From Sulfolobaceae archaeon (GTDB lineage: Archaea; Thermoproteota; Thermoprotei_A; Sulfolobales; Sulfolobaceae), in the NCBI GenBank assembly GCA_038893355.1, contig JAWARQ010000007.1:1-35903 (forward strand): 35,903 nucleotides of DNA, read 5' to 3'. The notes under the pieces were generated by a model. It saw only the letters and a list, made by a program, of their open reading frames with translations, had not been told where the DNA came from and did not search any database. The position numbers and the translations under genes are program-made. How positions within the stretch are numbered: position 1 is the stretch's first letter; every line of letters begins with the position of its first letter. Positions 31,980 through 35,903 of this stretch are shown here, piece by piece.

Positions 31980-32468
31980 GTGGAAGAAGTTACGAAACCT
32001 TGGGTTGATGATAAGAAATATAAGCAAGATAGGTTGACAGAAGCTAAATATGAGGCTGAACTAGCTAAAAGATTCCTTGAAAATGGATTATTTAGGAATG
32101 CTGCAGGTAAAGCTTTTCAAGCTTGGAAGGCTTTATTGGCAGCTATTTCAGTTGACTATGTTCAAGAGCTTTCTAAATACTTTAAGGGAAAGAAAAGGAT
32201 GAGGGATGGAAGAATAGTTAATTATGCTGAATGGATAATTGCAGTAATGCCGACAAGTAAGATGAGTAGTGTAGCCCAAATACTTGATAATATAATAGGA
32301 AATGATATAGAAGCTTATACTGATATCGCAATTAAACTCCACGAATTTCAATATAACGGATTAGATGGAAGTGGTGAAATAAGTAGGTATCCCTCAATAG
32401 AGTTTATGAAAATGGATCTGGAAAAGCTTCTAAAGGCAATTGAAAAGTTTGTTGCTAGCAAAGGATAG
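31980..32468 (+). CDS. PaREP1-family (HEPN-like) protein
   Basis: EAKYEAELA..FL..GLFRNAAGKAFQAWKA; LHEFQYNG. Confidence 0.85.
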   Translation: MEEVTKPWVDDKKYKQDRLTEAKYEAELAKRFLENGLFRNAAGKAFQAWKALLAAISVDYVQELSKYFKGKKRMRDGRIVNYAEWIIAVMPTSKMSSVAQILDNIIGNDIEAYTDIAIKLHEFQYNGLDGSGEISRYPSIEFMKMDLEKLLKAIEKFVASKG

Positions 32469-32529
32469 TAATTAAGAGACATATAAGGATTTTATTTTAA
32501 GTTCCTCACTCTATATTGATTATAATCAT

Positions 32530-33783
32530 TCATTTACTTATCCTAGGTGCATATTTATCGTAAATCTGTTGTAGTTCTATATCCGAAATTACAAAGTAGT
32601 GGTCTTGTAAGATTTTGAACTGCTGCGGAGGTGCTCTACCCTGGAAGATATTAATGATCATGGGACTCACTCCTTGTTTCAGCATATATGATGCCCAGAA
32701 ACTCCTTATATCGTAAAGTCTGAACTCTTTGCCGAGTACTTTCTTCATTGCTTGTTTTATCGAATATCTTATATCCTGGAGTTGGAAGGGGAACAGCTTA
32801 TTCTTCCACTTCTCTACATCCTGCCCTATCCCCCTAACCGCATGCTCATATCTTTTTATAAATTCCTCCCGGTATTGTAGGTAGATGTTTTTGATGAACT
32901 CGGCAGTTTTTTCATGCATAAAGGAAACGTATGCTCTTTTAGTCTCATTTTCTTTCATTAACTGATTACTCTGTGCTCTAAGTCCATTTGCTCCATTGTT
33001 ATACTGTAAACCTCTCCTGTCCTCAAGCCTGTTTCGCATAATAATAAAGAAATAAGCCTTAGCCCCCTGGTGTTCTATCGCGTCAAATATTTTCTTTAAA
33101 GTTTCTATGTTAAGGTTTTCCGGTCTGTGTTTGTACTTTCCCTTAGGTACTGTAAACGAGGAGTAAAGTAAGTGCGCTAACCCAGGGTTTTTCTCCCTGA
33201 CAACCGTCTTTATAAACAGTTTTAATGAGTTTGCCATATGTCTTGCAATATTAGGGCTATCTGCTTCTATTAATATTTCCCTAATTCCGTCAGTCGACAG
33301 TTCATAGCTCAGTTCAGATAGGGCTCTCTTCAGATATCTCATGCGCATATCCTTAGTACTTTTAGACTTATTACTGAGCAGCATTTCGAATTTCTTAACA
33401 TCCTCTTCACTCACAATGTAAGTACTGGTGGTAGTATTCAGATAGTCTCTCATGTATTGATAAAGCAATGTTAAGAAGAAGTTACGAAACCCTTCATCTC
33501 TCATCGCTTTCACTATAACGCTTAATGCGACCGTCGGATCCACGTCTATAGTTTTTAGCCCGTAGATAGCGTCCGATAGTTCTTCCAAACTAAGCGTTTC
33601 TGCAGTTGTGCTTATTATTTCATCTGGGACCTTCTTTACTTTGTCTGCAAAATATCTGTATAAAGTACTCCTATCAATTCCTAGCTTTTGTGCAACATAA
33701 CTTAACCCGTATTTTTCTATAGCCTTCTTCAATATTCGTATTTTTTGCTCATTATCGAGTTTATTTACGTCAATCTTTACCAT
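32530..33783 (-). CDS. int: pNOB8-type tyrosine integrase, probably inactive (box I frameshifted)
   Basis: N-terminal HTH; TKRAY, RLYDIRSFWAS, QGR, QDHY; lies next to a tRNA-derived att; ETGLRTGE present only in another frame. Confidence 0.85.
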   Translation of the reverse strand: MVKIDVNKLDNEQKIRILKKAIEKYGLSYVAQKLGIDRSTLYRYFADKVKKVPDEIISTTAETLSLEELSDAIYGLKTIDVDPTVALSVIVKAMRDEGFRNFFLTLLYQYMRDYLNTTTSTYIVSEEDVKKFEMLLSNKSKSTKDMRMRYLKRALSELSYELSTDGIREILIEADSPNIARHMANSLKLFIKTVVREKNPGLAHLLYSSFTVPKGKYKHRPENLNIETLKKIFDAIEHQGAKAYFFIIMRNRLEDRRGLQYNNGANGLRAQSNQLMKENETKRAYVSFMHEKTAEFIKNIYLQYREEFIKRYEHAVRGIGQDVEKWKNKLFPFQLQDIRYSIKQAMKKVLGKEFRLYDIRSFWASYMLKQGVSPMIINIFQGRAPPQQFKILQDHYFVISDIELQQIYDKYAPRISK

Positions 33784-33892
33784 AATCTCACATTCTATCA
33801 TTAAATAATGAGAATGTTGCAAAAATATCCTTCGCTGTTGCAAATCCCTTATATTTGTAGAGAACGTAATTCTCTTTCAATTTTAGGAAAAA

Positions 33893-33938
33893 TAGCGCCG
33901 CGGCCGGGATTTGAACCCGGGTCACGGGCTTGAGAGGC
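33893..33938 (-). repeat. att core: 3' half of tRNA-Glu(CTC)
   Basis: Minus strand GCCTCTCAAGCCCGTGACCCGGGTTCAAATCCCGGCCGCGGC; no 5' half; 22/23-nt match to 35881-35903. Confidence 0.88.
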
Positions 33939-34073
33939 TAGATAACGTTTCAGAGGAACGTTGAAAAGAAACGTGTTGTGTTGCACGTTGAAGTAGAAGT
34001 AGAATTATGCTATGAAAGAAAAGTAGAATAAAATGATAGCAGAAATCTGCCAGCGTTTCAAAGCGTTAATTGG

Positions 34074-34256
34074 GGAATCTACACGCTATACTTGCTCCTC
34101 AAGGGGACAACGAGTAAAGAAGACTTCCGCTTGCTATTAACTATCTTGCTTTTGTAAGATAATATTACTACTGTTCAATAATATTCAGGTAAACTATTCC
34201 ATCCAATTTTTAATTTCCTATAGTTAATTTCAGAATAATGAATTTGCGGTCTACGG
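34074..34256 (+). mobile_element. Isolated right end of an ISH3-family IS
   Basis: IYTLYLLLKGTTSKEDFRLLL and terminal TGAATTTGCGGTCTACGG, homologous (inverted) to 30731-30960. Confidence 0.8.
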
Positions 34257-34313
34257 AAAATGCTAATTTGAATTAAAAAGAGCCAACTAAAAATTGAATA
34301 ACTATGATATTGG

Positions 34314-34718
34314 TCAAAGAAATAGGATGACAGCTAATACTATACCTATTACAGAAATTATCATGCCGATTGTAACTCTTTTTATTTCTAACTTGTGAGG
34401 ATTGTTGAAGAAGTCGAAACTAATACCAGCGTACATGAAACCTAAAATAGCAAAAAACGCTATAGTACTCAGGGTAATCCAGAGTAGGATGTATAGTGGT
34501 ACTATCTGGTGATAGAAGTATTTATATATTAAAAGTCCAAAGATACCTAATAGCGTATTCGTACTATACCATCCTAAAGCTACTATTCTTAAGTTTCTCT
34601 TGTAATTTTCCTGAATTAGTTTAAAATACATTGGTACAAAAACTATTGTACCACTTATATAATTAATCAATGATCCAAAAACCAACCAATAGTAGAAGGT
34701 TGGGTCGTCAATAAACAC
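34314..34718 (-). CDS. 4-TM membrane protein, candidate immunity protein
   Basis: Four hydrophobic segments; GAGGTGG SD before GTG at 34718, right after the upstream stop. Confidence 0.7.
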   Translation of the reverse strand: MFIDDPTFYYWLVFGSLINYISGTIVFVPMYFKLIQENYKRNLRIVALGWYSTNTLLGIFGLLIYKYFYHQIVPLYILLWITLSTIAFFAILGFMYAGISFDFFNNPHKLEIKRVTIGMIISVIGIVLAVILFL

Positions 34719-34729
34719 TACGACCACCT

Positions 34730-35632
34730 CTAACAACTACTACCCGTATCCGCGTAATAACTTGCTATAGTACAACCTATTGCAAATCCTATACCTACCG
34801 CTAAACCGGCCAGAGGATTTATAATTCCTACTGCGGCAGCCCATATAGCTCCTTCAACTCCACATGCTCCACCAACAGCAGCTCCAGCTACTGGGCAGTC
34901 GTCTTGGATTTCCACACCAACAATAGTTAATTTAATTTGAAGGAATGATTTCGGTATTATTTTGTTCAGTTTGTTAATCACATGAGAGATCTCGACATAA
35001 TATTTTCCTAAAGTCTCTAGAGTTTTATTATTGCTTTTCTCGTATAATTTACCTAAATAGGCTATGTATTTAGAAGCCTGATGCAGTTCGTCTTGTAATG
35101 CTAAGGATTTATTAATTAACATTAAATCTCCAAGGTCAAATGAACTATTACTTGGTTTAAAATCTATTTTCATTATCAGGAATTGTTTGTTATCACTCTC
35201 ATTTGTGAATATTAACATACTTATATAGAGATTTGTATTATTTAACAATTCTTGGTGATAGTAAATTATATAATTTAGATATAATCTACCGTTAGAGGAA
35301 GAGTTCAATGTATACTCAGCAGTCACATTGCTCTTATAAATCAAGAGAGAATAGTCAGATTTTGTAACATTATAAATTAGGGTAATATTCCCTATATAGA
35401 GTGTGTAATTATAACTAATCGATATCCTATTATTACTTATGTTCAGCAATTTAATATTTCCATGAGAAGGAACATACAAAAAGTGTAAATAGTCAATTGC
35501 GGTACCATTTGACGAGTTAGCATCACTTGCTAAAACTAAATGGTTTAGGGAGGCTGGATAAGGAAAAAGCGAAAAAAGGGGTAATGTAATGATTATCAAT
35601 CCTACAATATTAAATTCAAATACTCTCCTCAT
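34730..35632 (-). CDS. Secreted precursor with C-terminal Gly/Ala/Cys-rich bacteriocin/halocin-C8-like peptide
   Basis: N-terminal hydrophobic signal; Asn-rich prodomain; abrupt switch to DDCPVAGAAVGGACG...GCTIASYYADTGSSC. Function is inferred. Confidence 0.6.
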   Translation of the reverse strand: MRRVFEFNIVGLIIITLPLFSLFPYPASLNHLVLASDANSSNGTAIDYLHFLYVPSHGNIKLLNISNNRISISYNYTLYIGNITLIYNVTKSDYSLLIYKSNVTAEYTLNSSSNGRLYLNYIIYYHQELLNNTNLYISMLIFTNESDNKQFLIMKIDFKPSNSSFDLGDLMLINKSLALQDELHQASKYIAYLGKLYEKSNNKTLETLGKYYVEISHVINKLNKIIPKSFLQIKLTIVGVEIQDDCPVAGAAVGGACGVEGAIWAAAVGIINPLAGLAVGIGFAIGCTIASYYADTGSSC

Positions 35633-35650
35633 ATTTTTCTCAAATTAAAC

Positions 35651-35688
35651 TTATCTTAAACGCCTTTTTATTTTTTTTTTTTTTTTTT
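35651..35688 (-). promoter_or_regulatory. Putative BRE/TATA promoter preceded by an A18 tract
   Basis: Minus strand A18-TAAAAAGGCG-TTTAAGATAA, about 25 nt upstream of the ATG at 35632. Confidence 0.55.
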
Positions 35689-35883
35689 CTCCTCTCGATC
35701 AACGTAAAAAGTTTTAGTAAGTAAGGGCGTAATAGCATATTCAAAATTCAAGAGTTAATACTCACCATTACGTTATATCTAAATAATATTTTAGGGAAAG
35801 TGATAGCTAAATCATGCTTATTCCTAACAATTACTGATGTTAACTTCCCTAGCTATGTAGGTGGTCTATTTATGAGGAATTAG

Positions 35884-35903
35884 TGCCGCGGCCGGGATTT
35901 GAA
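35884..35903 (-). tRNA. 3' end of a tRNA (probably tRNA-Glu) or another att copy; truncated by the window
   Basis: Minus strand TTCAAATCCCGGCCGCGGCA (T loop, acceptor stem, discriminator), matching the 33893 repeat. Confidence 0.65.

Noticed and set aside
599-32351. Many short ORFs opposite or inside real genes (e.g. 599-871, 5087-5344, 8365-8631, 15891-16232, 19801-20094, 29933-30127, 30286-30501, 31468-31653, 32148-32351)
   Set aside because: They are shadows of well-supported genes or transposase remnants and have no motifs of their own.
33784-33843. TTG-start extension of the integrase
   Set aside because: It covers the promoter and TGTTGCA region; the ATG at 33783 fits better.
33893-33938. 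Complete or split tRNA gene
   Set aside because: Only the 3' half is present, next to an integrase, which is typical of an att site. No leader suited to trans-splicing is evident.
1-35903. CRISPR array or rRNA
   Set aside because: No regularly spaced repeats or long GC-rich structural RNA seen.

Overview
AT-rich archaeal DNA, most likely Sulfolobales (classical mevalonate PMK/DMD pair, BHB-intron tRNA, PaREP1, pNOB8-type integrase). The left edge is the 3' end of an IS200/IS605/IS607-type tnpB apparently inserted into an Mrr-like nuclease gene, followed by a VapBC pair and TusA/DUF1641 genes. About 9-29.7 kb is housekeeping (mvaD, sucCD, nadC, rnz, prs, thpR, cca, tRNA-Pro(GGG) with intron, Kelch-FN3 surface protein, RidA). 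Three genes there appear to need non-canonical start codons (ACG, ATT, ATC). From about 29.9 kb to the end is a decaying island at a tRNA-Glu: IS256-like and ISH3-like remnants, a HEPN gene, and an integrase whose catalytic box I is scrambled by two compensating frameshifts. It also holds a ~1.9 kb segment between two tRNA-3'-end repeats. That segment encodes a secreted precursor ending in a Gly/Ala/Cys-rich halocin-C8-like peptide plus a coupled 4-TM protein, the best candidate here for an undescribed archaeocin/immunity system. All calls are from reading motifs by eye; no searches were run.
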